A DNA stretch of 39,632 nt from Candidatus Kaiserbacteria bacterium (lineage in GTDB: Bacteria; Patescibacteriota; Minisyncoccia; Phycocordibacterales; UBA2100), in NCBI GenBank assembly GCA_027066795.1, contig JAMONA010000023.1, positions 1-39,632 on the forward strand, written 5' to 3'. Below the pieces are notes generated by a model. The model did not search any database. It was not told where the DNA came from and was given only the letters and a program-made list of their open reading frames with translations. Both the position numbers and the translations under genes were made by a program. Of the stretch, positions 26,243 through 35,434 are shown piece by piece. Each line of letters starts with the position of its first letter. The stretch's first letter is position 1.

Positions 26243-26348
26243 TTATCAACATATACCCACAGGTTATCCACAGAGTTTTCTACTTTTATCTCATATTTAT
26301 GGTTTGTTGCATCCATTTTATTTTAGTATAATGCAAATCTGTGGATAA
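26243..26348. promoter_or_regulatory. DnaA-box cluster upstream of dnaA (oriC, left part / dnaA autoregulation)
   Basis: TTATCCACA at 26264-26272 (perfect). TGTGGATAA at 26340-26348 (perfect, inverted). TTATCAACA at 26243-26251 (1 mismatch). Confidence 0.8.
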
Positions 26349-26386
26349 CACTGTTAATAACTTAATAACTAACAAACTCTGCGCGC

Positions 26387-27760
26387 ATGACAAATTCAAA
26401 CACACCTAATTGTAACCTATGGGATACAGTTCTATTAAAAATCCAACAAGATACAACTGAGGCAAGTTTTAAAACTTGGTTTAAAGACAGTATTTTACTA
26501 AAACAAGAAGATGGGGTGGTATATATAGGTGTAGCAACTCGCATAATGCGTGATTGGTTAAAAGATAAATACTACAAGCTAATTTTAAAAACCATAAGGG
26601 ATATAGACCCAGAAATACGTAATGTAGAATTTACAGTAAGCAAGATGGTTGGTAAAAAGAAAAAAACACAAAAAGACCAGTTACAGAAAAATATACCGAC
26701 AACAAGCCAACTACCTATAGACAACTTATACGTAGACAAGAATGATAACCTTAATCCACGGTACACTTTTGATACTTTTGTTGTTGGCCCATTTAATCAA
26801 CTTGCTAATGCTGCGGCACAGGCTGTATTAAATAGCCCAGCCCTCACATATAACCCTTTGTATGTATACGGCTCTACAGGTCACGGTAAGACTCATTTAA
26901 TACAAGCCTTAGGTAATAAGTTTAAACAAATTTATCCAAGCAAGAAGGTGTTCTATGTAAGCTCTGAAAAGTTTACTCAAGATTATGCCACAGCTGTACA
27001 AACAGGTAGGGCAAAACAGTTTAAAGACAAATACCGTCAATATGACGTTCTGATAGTAGACGATGTTCAATTTATAGCCGATAAAGAAAAAACTCAAGAG
27101 GAGTTGTTCCACTTATTTAATGCATTATACGATAGCAACAAACAAATAATCTTCTCTTCAGATAAACACCCTAACACTATGAAAGGGCTTGAGGATAGAC
27201 TCCGTGGTAGGTTCAGCTCGGGCATGGTGACTGAGATACCAGCACCAGACACTGACTCACGCATAGCTATACTAAAAGAGAAGGTAGCGGCACATAATTT
27301 TACATTAGATACTAAAACTATTGAGGTAATCGCTAAAGAGTTGCGTGGTAATATCCGTGATATCGAGGGGATAGTAAATAATATTGTACTTACCACACAA
27401 TCAAAAGGTCGTGATCTAAGACTCCCTGAAATACGCTCTATCATACAAAACAATATAAGACCCACAAAAAACATAACACCTAAAGATGTTGTAGATATTG
27501 TTGCAGACTACTATACACTCACACCAACCATTATTTATGAAAAGACTCGTAAAAAAGAAGTTGTAAAACCTAGACAAATAATAATGTATATACTTCGTGA
27601 AGATGTTGGCATCTCCTACCCAACAATAGGTGAGCAGCTTGGTGGTAGAGACCATACTACTGTTATACACTCTTGTGACAGGGTACGTAAGATGCTTGAA
27701 GACGATTTTGTATTACAGCAAGAAATAGACCAGATAAGAACAATTATTAGAGATTTATAA
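26387..27760 (+). CDS. dnaA: Chromosomal replication initiator DnaA
   Basis: NPRYTFDTFVVGPFNQLA, GSTGHGKTHL, LIVDDVQF, and a C-terminal DNA-binding domain GGRDHTTVIHSCDRV. Confidence 0.96.
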   Translation: MTNSNTPNCNLWDTVLLKIQQDTTEASFKTWFKDSILLKQEDGVVYIGVATRIMRDWLKDKYYKLILKTIRDIDPEIRNVEFTVSKMVGKKKKTQKDQLQKNIPTTSQLPIDNLYVDKNDNLNPRYTFDTFVVGPFNQLANAAAQAVLNSPALTYNPLYVYGSTGHGKTHLIQALGNKFKQIYPSKKVFYVSSEKFTQDYATAVQTGRAKQFKDKYRQYDVLIVDDVQFIADKEKTQEELFHLFNALYDSNKQIIFSSDKHPNTMKGLEDRLRGRFSSGMVTEIPAPDTDSRIAILKEKVAAHNFTLDTKTIEVIAKELRGNIRDIEGIVNNIVLTTQSKGRDLRLPEIRSIIQNNIRPTKNITPKDVVDIVADYYTLTPTIIYEKTRKKEVVKPRQIIMYILREDVGISYPTIGEQLGGRDHTTVIHSCDRVRKMLEDDFVLQQEIDQIRTIIRDL

Positions 27761-28008
27761 TAAGTTGTGAATAACATGTACAAATACATAAGTTAATATT
27801 GTTGATAAACACTTAATAAGTCACCATTAAATACTAGATATACATAGATAGAATAGTAATCAACAAATTATTAAAATTATATACACACATTATGCACATA
27901 AACAAAACATTAAATATGTAGTAAACTAAAGGTAATTAAACCACTTTCCACATATCAACACCCCTAATAGAGTATAGTACTTAAATTAATAAAAATAACT
28001 AACACCTT
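27761..28008. other. dnaA-dnaN intergenic oriC segment (degenerate DnaA boxes plus AT-rich unwinding candidate)
   Basis: TGTGAATAA 27766-74, TGTTGATAA 27800-08 and TTATGCACA 27890-98 have one mismatch each. The stretch 27821-27940 is very AT-rich. Confidence 0.65.
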
Positions 28009-29130
28009 ATGCAAACAAACATTTCATTCACATGCGACAAAAATAAACTAAGTAAAGTTGTACATATGGTAATGCGTGTGGCAAACCAATCAGCTACACT
28101 AGAATCTTTACAAGGTATATTTATAGAGGTAGTTAATAGTAAAACAATAATTAAAGCAACTAACTTAGAGGTTGGTATAGAAATGACTATACCAGCTACA
28201 GATATGCAAGATGGTGCATTTTTAGTTAATCCAAAACTACTTATTGATGCTATTAAATATTCAGATTCAAACATGATAACAATAAGTAGTAAAAAGGCCG
28301 GTAGTATAAACATTAAACTAGATAATGGTAATACTATAGTTAAAACATTAAATGATTCAGATTTTCCAAATATTCCTAAACAAAATACTGGTGAAAAACT
28401 AGATATAAAAGTTAAGAATATAATAAATGGAATTAAGTCTGTTTTATATGCTGTATCACACTCTGTTATAAAGCCAGAGTTATCAAGTCTGTATATATGG
28501 AAAGATGGGCAACAATTAGTTTTTGTTGCTACAGATTCTTTTAGGTTAGCTGAGAAAAAAGTTAATCAGAATATAATAAATACAGACGACCTATCTATAC
28601 TTATACCTCAAAAAAATACACAAGATTTACTCAGTATATTAGAGCAATTAGATGAGGGTGATAATATAACTGTGCAAGTAGATAACGACCAGTTCTCTGT
28701 ATATACAGACGATATGTATATAACACTAAGGACAATAGACGGAGCTTTTCCAGATTATCAAAAAATAATACCAAAAGAAGCAGTTACAAGTGTTACTGTA
28801 TTAAAACATGATCTATCTCAGATAATTAAGAAGGCTGGTGTGTTTTCAGATAAGTTTAATAAAATAACAATAAAAGCTGATGCTGAAAATAAATTAATAA
28901 CAGTCAGTACTGTAAATGGTGAAGCTGGGGAGACTGTAGACTCTATAACAGGTGTTTTAGAGGGTGAAACAGTAGAGATATCTTTAAACCACAGGTTCAT
29001 TATAGATTGTTTACAGAGTGTGCACTCAGACAGTGTAGTACTATCATTTTTCGGGCAAGGTAAGCCGCTTATAGTTAGTGGGGTAGGTGATAAATCATTT
29101 ATTTATCTAGTTATGCCGATGAATAATTAA
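28009..29130 (+). CDS. dnaN: DNA polymerase III beta sliding clamp
   Basis: The 373-aa product has a three-domain layout, ATDSFRLAEKK and a C-terminal ...YLVMPMNN. Canonical position after dnaA. Confidence 0.92.
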   Translation: MQTNISFTCDKNKLSKVVHMVMRVANQSATLESLQGIFIEVVNSKTIIKATNLEVGIEMTIPATDMQDGAFLVNPKLLIDAIKYSDSNMITISSKKAGSINIKLDNGNTIVKTLNDSDFPNIPKQNTGEKLDIKVKNIINGIKSVLYAVSHSVIKPELSSLYIWKDGQQLVFVATDSFRLAEKKVNQNIINTDDLSILIPQKNTQDLLSILEQLDEGDNITVQVDNDQFSVYTDDMYITLRTIDGAFPDYQKIIPKEAVTSVTVLKHDLSQIIKKAGVFSDKFNKITIKADAENKLITVSTVNGEAGETVDSITGVLEGETVEISLNHRFIIDCLQSVHSDSVVLSFFGQGKPLIVSGVGDKSFIYLVMPMNN

Positions 29131-29132
29131 AT

Positions 29133-29393
29133 ATGAGGACAATAGGCAGCTTTTTAGATAGATTTAAAAATTTAAAAGCCCCAGAGAGGTCTGTGAGGAC
29201 TGCTATAATTAGAGCTGTTACAGATGTTATAGGTATAACTATTAAAGATAATTGTATCAAAATAAATAATGAAAGTATTGTATATATATCACCAGGCTCT
29301 ACTATAAAAGCAGCTATATTTGAAAATAAAAAAATTATTATATCAAGGTTAAATAATATACTTGGTAAAGACCAAATAAAAGATATTAAGTAG
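29133..29393 (+). CDS. DUF721/DciA-like small protein
   Basis: An 86-aa protein next to dnaN. Pattern ...IKINNESIVYISPGSTIKAAIFENKKIIISRLNNILGKDQIKDI resembles the DUF721 core. Confidence 0.4.
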   Translation: MRTIGSFLDRFKNLKAPERSVRTAIIRAVTDVIGITIKDNCIKINNESIVYISPGSTIKAAIFENKKIIISRLNNILGKDQIKDIK

Positions 29394-29406
29394 AATAAAT
29401 AATTAA

Positions 29407-31857
29407 TTATTCTGTATTAAAATTTACCGAGTTTGTAAGTGTGCCACCAGAATCAGAACGGTGTGATATAGCTTTTATAGTACTTACATTAGAACGTTTT
29501 TGGGGTACTATTGTTATAGAGAACGGTGATTTTGTAGAAGACCCAATATATACACCATTTAAAAAATATTCCACTTTAGATAATTGTATTGTTGTATTAA
29601 GTAATACAGTTAAGGGCTTACCAGAGGCTACAGATGAACCCTCTGTTGGATTAGTGATGTATACAGTGTCTGTATTTTGGTTGATTATTTGAGGTTGATT
29701 TATAATTTCTGTGTTATTTTGGGATGTTCCAGTTTGTGGATTCATATTTATACCAGCGGCCCATGTTTGTACTGGGTATTCCCAATTAGAGTATTGAGAA
29801 TCATAACCTGGTATTATAGGAGCAATACCACGAGGGTTAGATTTATTTACAAAGTGTAGTATTGAGTGTGCACCACCAGCTTGAGCAAAAGCTGCTTGCC
29901 AGTCACCAGTTAACATTGGTCCAATGTCCTCAGGTAATGGTTCGGGGGCTACGAATTTTCTATTTTGTACATAAGGCAATACTTCATCCATAAATGCGCG
30001 CCACATAGGGGCAATAACAAACCCTGCTACCTTTTTTACAATAGGGGAGTTGTCGTTATTGCCAGCCCAAGTACCAACAGCAAGAGTTGGAGTATAACCA
30101 ACTACCCAAACATCTCTAAAGTCATTAGTTGTACCTGTCTTTGCGGCTATATCCCAATTGTTAAAATACAAGAATGAACGCCTGCCGTAAGCAGGAGTAC
30201 GTGCAACATTATCAGATAGTACACTTGATAAACTTCTGGCTGCCTGTGCAGAGAGTACTCTCTCAGGTGCAGCCTCGAACTCTTCAAGTATAGTACCTGA
30301 TGAGTCTTCAACTTTTAATATACCAGTTGTAGGATTACGTATACCATCATTAGCAAACACACCATACGCACCAGTTAACTCTAATGGTGAAACTTCACCA
30401 CCACCAAGTACCAAAGATAGACCATAGTGCCCAGCGCCCTCATTTAGTCCATTTATACCAAGTGCTTTTGCTTTTGCTAAGGCATCTTTGATGCCTACAA
30501 GGTGCAACACCTTCACAGCTGGTATGTTTACTGACTGTGCTAGCGCATTACGCAGTGTCATTGGTCCGTTAAACTTACCATCATAGTTCACTGGAGAGTA
30601 GCAAGTACTGCTCATAGTGTAGTCATTAGCACTACAGTTAGTTGAGAACTGTGTCCGTAGGTCAAATACTACTGTACTAGGAGTATACCCTTTTTCAAAT
30701 GCAGTACTATATACAATCGGTTTAAATGTAGAACCTGGCTGCCTATATGCTGTTGCGACGTTAAACTTACCATCTATAGTCTCGTCAAAATAATCTCTAG
30801 AACCAACCATCGCAAGAATCTGACCATTCTGTGGGTCTATAGCCACAAGAGCTGCGTTTTCTGCATTAAACTTAATCTCGTTTTCAGTTGCAAACTTATT
30901 AATAATTCTTTCTCCTGCTTCTTGTATACGATTATCTATTGTGGTAGTTACACGCAGCCCACCCCTGTAAAGAGCGTCCTCACCATATGTCTTCTCTAGA
31001 TAGTCTCTAATATAGAACACGAAGTGTGGTGCAAGTATATTGTGATTTTTAAACTTATTAAATACAACATTTTCATTTAATGCTTCTTTATATTCAGTAT
31101 TATTTATAAAACCATTTTCTAACATTTTAGAGAGCACTAAGTCTTTCCTCTTGTCTAAAGCGTCTTTATTATTACCGTGTGGAGAGTAGTAAGTAGGTCT
31201 TTGGGGTAGTGATGCCAAGTATGCAGATTCGGATAAGGTTAGTTTGTTAGCATCTTTACCAAAAAAGTATTTAGATGCCTCTTGTACACCGTATATAGTA
31301 CCCCCGTATGGCATTTCGTTTAAATAGACACTTAGTATCTCATCTTTAGTTAACTTTTTCTCTAAAGCTATAGCAAGTATCCACTCTTTAGCTTTGCGGG
31401 TCAGTGTTTTTTCCCTGGTTAAGTATACATTTTTTACAACCTGTTGTGTAAGAGTTGAGCCTCCTTGGCCAAATGATAATGTCTGTATATTTGCTATAGC
31501 AGCACGTATAAAGGCTGTTGGCTTAACACCATTATGTTCGTAAAACTCCGCATCCTCTATTGCTATAGTTGCATTACGTAAGTGCCTAGATATATCTTCT
31601 AAAGGAACCACTGTTCGGCGTATATCCCCATATATATTAAATAGTAGCACTTCACCAGTGCGGTCGTATATTTTTGTAGATTGTTCAACTTGTCGGGTAT
31701 CAAAACCCTCTACAGATGGAACCTTAAGAGTAGAGGCCCACCAAAATATATATAAGAATATGGCTATAGTTACAATAACGCCCACTGTAGCGAGTATTTT
31801 TATAACTTTAACTATAGTTAAGGACTTACCCACCTTTTTTCCACCGATTTTAAACAT
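29407..31857 (-). CDS. Class A penicillin-binding protein (glycosyltransferase + transpeptidase) with C-terminal extension
   Basis: GT51 motifs EDAEFYEHNGV and GGSTLTQQ. Transpeptidase motifs STFKP, SVN and KTGTT. N-terminal TM anchor and ~150 extra C-terminal residues. Confidence 0.92.
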   Translation of the reverse strand: MFKIGGKKVGKSLTIVKVIKILATVGVIVTIAIFLYIFWWASTLKVPSVEGFDTRQVEQSTKIYDRTGEVLLFNIYGDIRRTVVPLEDISRHLRNATIAIEDAEFYEHNGVKPTAFIRAAIANIQTLSFGQGGSTLTQQVVKNVYLTREKTLTRKAKEWILAIALEKKLTKDEILSVYLNEMPYGGTIYGVQEASKYFFGKDANKLTLSESAYLASLPQRPTYYSPHGNNKDALDKRKDLVLSKMLENGFINNTEYKEALNENVVFNKFKNHNILAPHFVFYIRDYLEKTYGEDALYRGGLRVTTTIDNRIQEAGERIINKFATENEIKFNAENAALVAIDPQNGQILAMVGSRDYFDETIDGKFNVATAYRQPGSTFKPIVYSTAFEKGYTPSTVVFDLRTQFSTNCSANDYTMSSTCYSPVNYDGKFNGPMTLRNALAQSVNIPAVKVLHLVGIKDALAKAKALGINGLNEGAGHYGLSLVLGGGEVSPLELTGAYGVFANDGIRNPTTGILKVEDSSGTILEEFEAAPERVLSAQAARSLSSVLSDNVARTPAYGRRSFLYFNNWDIAAKTGTTNDFRDVWVVGYTPTLAVGTWAGNNDNSPIVKKVAGFVIAPMWRAFMDEVLPYVQNRKFVAPEPLPEDIGPMLTGDWQAAFAQAGGAHSILHFVNKSNPRGIAPIIPGYDSQYSNWEYPVQTWAAGINMNPQTGTSQNNTEIINQPQIINQNTDTVYITNPTEGSSVASGKPLTVLLNTTIQLSKVEYFLNGVYIGSSTKSPFSITIVPQKRSNVSTIKAISHRSDSGGTLTNSVNFNTE

Positions 31858-31954
31858 ATATACATAGCGTTATACCATTATTTACCCATAATATCCACAG
31901 GTTATTAACTTATTTTACAGAGTTCCGTACTATAGCGACAAATTTTACCTGGGT

Positions 31955-32431
31955 TTAAAGATGTCTATGTGCTAAGTGAGTTAGTGCTGCTGCTATAGCG
32001 TCGTACTCATCATCGTGCTTTATATTCTTTTCTATTTTTACTAGGAGAGGGATCATCGCCATCATCTGCTTTTTATCAGCTCTACCGTTGCCAGCACAGG
32101 CCGATTTTATCTGTAGGGGAGTATATTCAAAAATCTCTAAACCATTAGACTTTGCAATATATATTATAGCGCCTATTACTTGAGCTACACTCATTGCCGT
32201 TTTCTGATTATTTACAAAATAGAGCTTCTCTATAGCTAGTGCATTTGGCTTATAAGTTTTAATTAGGAGCTCTACCGCGTTGCCTATTAACTCTAAGCGC
32301 TCAGGGAAGGGGAGTTGCGCACTAGTCTGTACACAACCAGAGTGTATAAGTTGCTCTTTACTACTAGGCTCCTTTTCCACAATGGCGACACCAAGTCGCT
32401 CGTACCCTGGGTCTATACCAAGTATTTTCAT
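31955..32431 (-). CDS. ruvC: Holliday junction resolvase RuvC
   Basis: MKILGIDPGYERLGVAIVE... and C-terminal ...DEYDAIAAALTH. ATG 32431 (M47 of the ORF track) lies 8 nt after TGcTACAAT. Confidence 0.9.
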   Translation of the reverse strand: MKILGIDPGYERLGVAIVEKEPSSKEQLIHSGCVQTSAQLPFPERLELIGNAVELLIKTYKPNALAIEKLYFVNNQKTAMSVAQVIGAIIYIAKSNGLEIFEYTPLQIKSACAGNGRADKKQMMAMIPLLVKIEKNIKHDDEYDAIAAALTHLAHRHL

Positions 32432-32439
32432 AGAGTTAT

Positions 32440-32448
32440 ATTGTAGCA
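32440..32448 (-). promoter_or_regulatory. Extended -10 (TGcTACAAT), 8 nt upstream of ruvC ATG
   Basis: The minus strand reads TGCTACAAT-ataactct-ATG. Confidence 0.55.
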
Positions 32449-32480
32449 TGGTGTATACTACTAAATATTGAGCAGGCACT

Positions 32481-33443
32481 ATGACAGATATTAAAAATGA
32501 CCTTACTGCATACCAGACACCTAATACAGTAAGGTCTTTATTTGAATTTGCAATAACACTATACGGCACACTTATCTTTATCTATGCTGGGTATATACTC
32601 TGGGCGGGTGCTAACTATTTATTATATGGGTTGGTAACAATGGTGACATCTCTATTTTTTATTAGAATGTTTACAATACAACACGATTGCTCACATGAGT
32701 CTATGTTTAAGAGTCTATTTCTTAATAGGTTGGTGGGCAGGCTGTGCATACTTATCACTACCGTACCATACAGAAGCTGGAAGGCTGAGCATGACTCACA
32801 CCATGATCATGTGGTAGACATAGAGAAGATAGGTCTCGGTGATGTATCACTATGGACGTTAGAGAAGTATGAGTCTAAAGGCAAGGTGCAGCAAACCTTG
32901 TACAGAATATATCGTAATCCATTGTTTTTGCTTGTTATTGCTCCGTTTCTATACTTCTTTCTACGTAACAGGGTGCCAGCTATATATGACAGGAAGATAA
33001 TAATGAGTGTTGTGCTGACTAATATCGTACTACTAGTTATGTACCTTATACTTGTATACTATCTCGGATTCTGGGCAGTCTTCTTCTCTATGATAATACC
33101 AGCATATATAGCCGGCATTATAGGCGTAGGGTTGTTTTATGTACAACATCAGTTTCCTGATGCTCGCTGGTTTACCACACAAGAGTGGTCACATGTGCAA
33201 GCAAGTATAGAGGGCAGCTCGTTACTCGTACTACCGCAGCCATTAGAGTGGTTTACTTACAATATAGGCTACCACCACATACACCATGTAGACAGTGGCG
33301 TTCCTGCGTATAGGTTAAAGCAGTGCTACCAAGAGGTCGAAGCGGTGGGGAAGAAGAGACCTCTAACACTTATGGAGATACTATCCTCTTTTAGGTTAAG
33401 ATTGTGGTCGCGTGAACAGAATAAGCTAATAGGAATCAATTAA
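32481..33443 (+). CDS. Membrane-bound fatty acid (acyl-lipid) desaturase
   Basis: Three His boxes, HDCSH (32682-32696), HDSHH and HHIHH, spaced by hydrophobic helices. Confidence 0.85.
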   Translation: MTDIKNDLTAYQTPNTVRSLFEFAITLYGTLIFIYAGYILWAGANYLLYGLVTMVTSLFFIRMFTIQHDCSHESMFKSLFLNRLVGRLCILITTVPYRSWKAEHDSHHDHVVDIEKIGLGDVSLWTLEKYESKGKVQQTLYRIYRNPLFLLVIAPFLYFFLRNRVPAIYDRKIIMSVVLTNIVLLVMYLILVYYLGFWAVFFSMIIPAYIAGIIGVGLFYVQHQFPDARWFTTQEWSHVQASIEGSSLLVLPQPLEWFTYNIGYHHIHHVDSGVPAYRLKQCYQEVEAVGKKRPLTLMEILSSFRLRLWSREQNKLIGIN

Positions 33444-33459
33444 GGTACTGGGTAGAGCA

Positions 33460-33990
33460 CTACTGTGCATTTGTATACACCTCTTGTACATCGTCTTGTT
33501 CATCTAATATTTCTAATAGCTTGCCCAACTTTTCTCCATCAGCTTCGTTAATCTCCGTGTGTGTATTTGGCTCGTAGCCATCGTTACTTTTAGTGAATGC
33601 CCATGTAGCAGAGCCAGCCGCCGCTAGCTCTAAGCCTTGCTTACTCAATATATGTCTTATCTCTGGAGTTGTCCGGTTTTTGTTATCTGTCACTGCCTCT
33701 ATTATTAGGGCTACGCCACCGGGGCCATATGCTTCGTACAACACCTCCTCGAAGTTTGCACCATCAGCACCAGCGCCCTTGGCTACCGCTCTTTCTATAT
33801 TATTTTTAGGCATGCTTGCTGCCTTAGCGCGGTCTATCACAGAGCGTAGGCCAGGGGAGTCTACGTTACCATCACTCTTTTTTGACTCCAGTGCTATGAG
33901 TTGCGCAAGCTTGCCAAATACCTTACTCCTAGCAGCATCAGCTGCACCTTTTTTATGTTTTATTTTACTCCATTTATTGTGTCCTGACAT
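33460..33990 (-). CDS. yebC: YebC/PmpR-family protein, shortened (176 aa)
   Basis: MSGHNKWSKIKHKKGAADAARSKVFGKL..., YEAYGPGGVALIIEAVTDNKNRT and ...DDVQEVYTN. About 65 residues of the usual middle region are absent. Confidence 0.85.
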   Translation of the reverse strand: MSGHNKWSKIKHKKGAADAARSKVFGKLAQLIALESKKSDGNVDSPGLRSVIDRAKAASMPKNNIERAVAKGAGADGANFEEVLYEAYGPGGVALIIEAVTDNKNRTTPEIRHILSKQGLELAAAGSATWAFTKSNDGYEPNTHTEINEADGEKLGKLLEILDEQDDVQEVYTNAQ

Positions 33991-34121
33991 AATATTTATT
34001 TAGTATAGTTAGTAATTATTTATGTTAATAATTTTAACAAAAAATAAGTTGCATGGCCAGTAATTATAATGTAGTGTTTAAGTTAGAGTACTTTTCAAAA
34101 AACCAATAAGGAGGTTGGATA

Positions 34122-34325
34122 ATGTGCACAAAAGTAATAGGAGTAAGAAGTGTGAACAACTGGACAAAGACTGACGTGCCCATAAGCCACCTAGTTGTTG
34201 TGGTTGATAATATGCCAGAGTGGCACACTTGTGGACATCCAGGGTGTAAAAGTCTTGCTACAGAGCCAGATCATATACACTGCCCAGTACATAAGCCTGG
34301 TCTTAGGGAGTGGGCAGCTGAGTAA
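34122..34325 (+). CDS. Small Cys/His-rich protein (67 aa), possible zinc-binding
   Basis: Perfect SD AAGGAGG (34108-34114), 7 nt before the ATG. TATAAT at 34065-34070. Motif HTCGHPGC...HIHCPVH. Confidence 0.5.
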   Translation: MCTKVIGVRSVNNWTKTDVPISHLVVVVDNMPEWHTCGHPGCKSLATEPDHIHCPVHKPGLREWAAE

Positions 34326-34391
34326 CAAAACAAGGAGCGTTGGCAAAATAATGTCTGCGCCCTTTTTTATTTGCTAAGGCATAGGTGGCTA

Positions 34392-35432
34392 TCACTCTTG
34401 TTCATTGTCCTTGAATTTAGATGGAAACACAGCCATAGGCCAACCTTTTATTATTTCATTATGTATATATAAAATTGCTTGTAGGTGTTCGTATAGATCT
34501 TTTGTAGATTCTATATGGTTATAAAAGTGTGCTTTTAAGTACTCAGCTGCTCTCTCAGCATCGTCTGAGACGAAGAATTCTTGGTCAGTATTCTTAGCCA
34601 CCGTCTTAACCCAAGGCATTTCTAATAAGTTAGCGTAAGCTTCTTTAGGGAGTCTCCTTTTAGAATATTTACCACGAAATAAAAAATCATTAGTAAGTTT
34701 AAACAAATCTTCATTTTCATCAATGGACATTAAGTTTAGGTTAAATAATGCCTCTTGTCCGCCTTCTAGGAATAATCCATCTTGGTCAAGTTGTTGCTTT
34801 GGGTGTGTGGCATTATGTACAGGCTTGCGTAATATAACTGGAAACATTGGTGCAAGAGCCGGCATGTATATGTTTGGGTATGCACGAGCACCCCAGTACT
34901 CCTCCGCAACATCTGCAAACTGCTCTATTGATCTGATTACTTCGTAGCCACCTTCATGCGAGTTATCATAAATAGACACCGGAGACTTAGCAGGGTCGTA
35001 AGTATCTTCCGCAACATCTAGTATGGATTCACCGATCTGTATGGCGTTTTGAAAAAACTTTTTATTTTGTATTACCCATATAGGTTTTATAATGCCTCCC
35101 TCTTTTATAAATTTTCGTATAGCCTTAATACCAGGCATTGTCGGATTGTTTATCTTTACTAGTAGCTTTTTATACACGTATCTATTTATTTCTAAACAGC
35201 GTCCAACAGGGTAGGAGTCAGTGTAGTTTCTGTGTGCGTCTTTCTTACTGCCTTTTATAGCCATATCCGCTTCTTTGCGCAATATTTGTATGTCGTTAAT
35301 TATGGCCTCTCGGTTTGGTAGTATCCATTCTTTAGTTAGGTGTTTCTGCTTCTCGCTCGCCGGCACCATTACAGCATCTAAGTTATCTATACCCTCAAAG
35401 CGTTTATTTTTAGGTATAAGGCTTTCTATCAT
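34392..35432 (-). CDS. Hypothetical 346-aa soluble protein co-transcribed with ruvB
   Basis: Starts 2 nt after the ruvB stop. No motif I can assign. Confidence 0.6.
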   Translation of the reverse strand: MIESLIPKNKRFEGIDNLDAVMVPASEKQKHLTKEWILPNREAIINDIQILRKEADMAIKGSKKDAHRNYTDSYPVGRCLEINRYVYKKLLVKINNPTMPGIKAIRKFIKEGGIIKPIWVIQNKKFFQNAIQIGESILDVAEDTYDPAKSPVSIYDNSHEGGYEVIRSIEQFADVAEEYWGARAYPNIYMPALAPMFPVILRKPVHNATHPKQQLDQDGLFLEGGQEALFNLNLMSIDENEDLFKLTNDFLFRGKYSKRRLPKEAYANLLEMPWVKTVAKNTDQEFFVSDDAERAAEYLKAHFYNHIESTKDLYEHLQAILYIHNEIIKGWPMAVFPSKFKDNEQE

Positions 35433-35434
35433 AC

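Noticed and set aside
31891-31899. DnaA-box-like ATATCCACA upstream of the PBP gene
   Set aside because: It is a single one-mismatch site far from the other boxes. It may be chance or a minor regulatory site, not part of the origin.
34326-34391. Terminator between the convergent small ORF and the 346-aa gene (T6 run at 34363-68)
   Set aside because: No stable stem could be drawn adjacent to the T-run on either strand.
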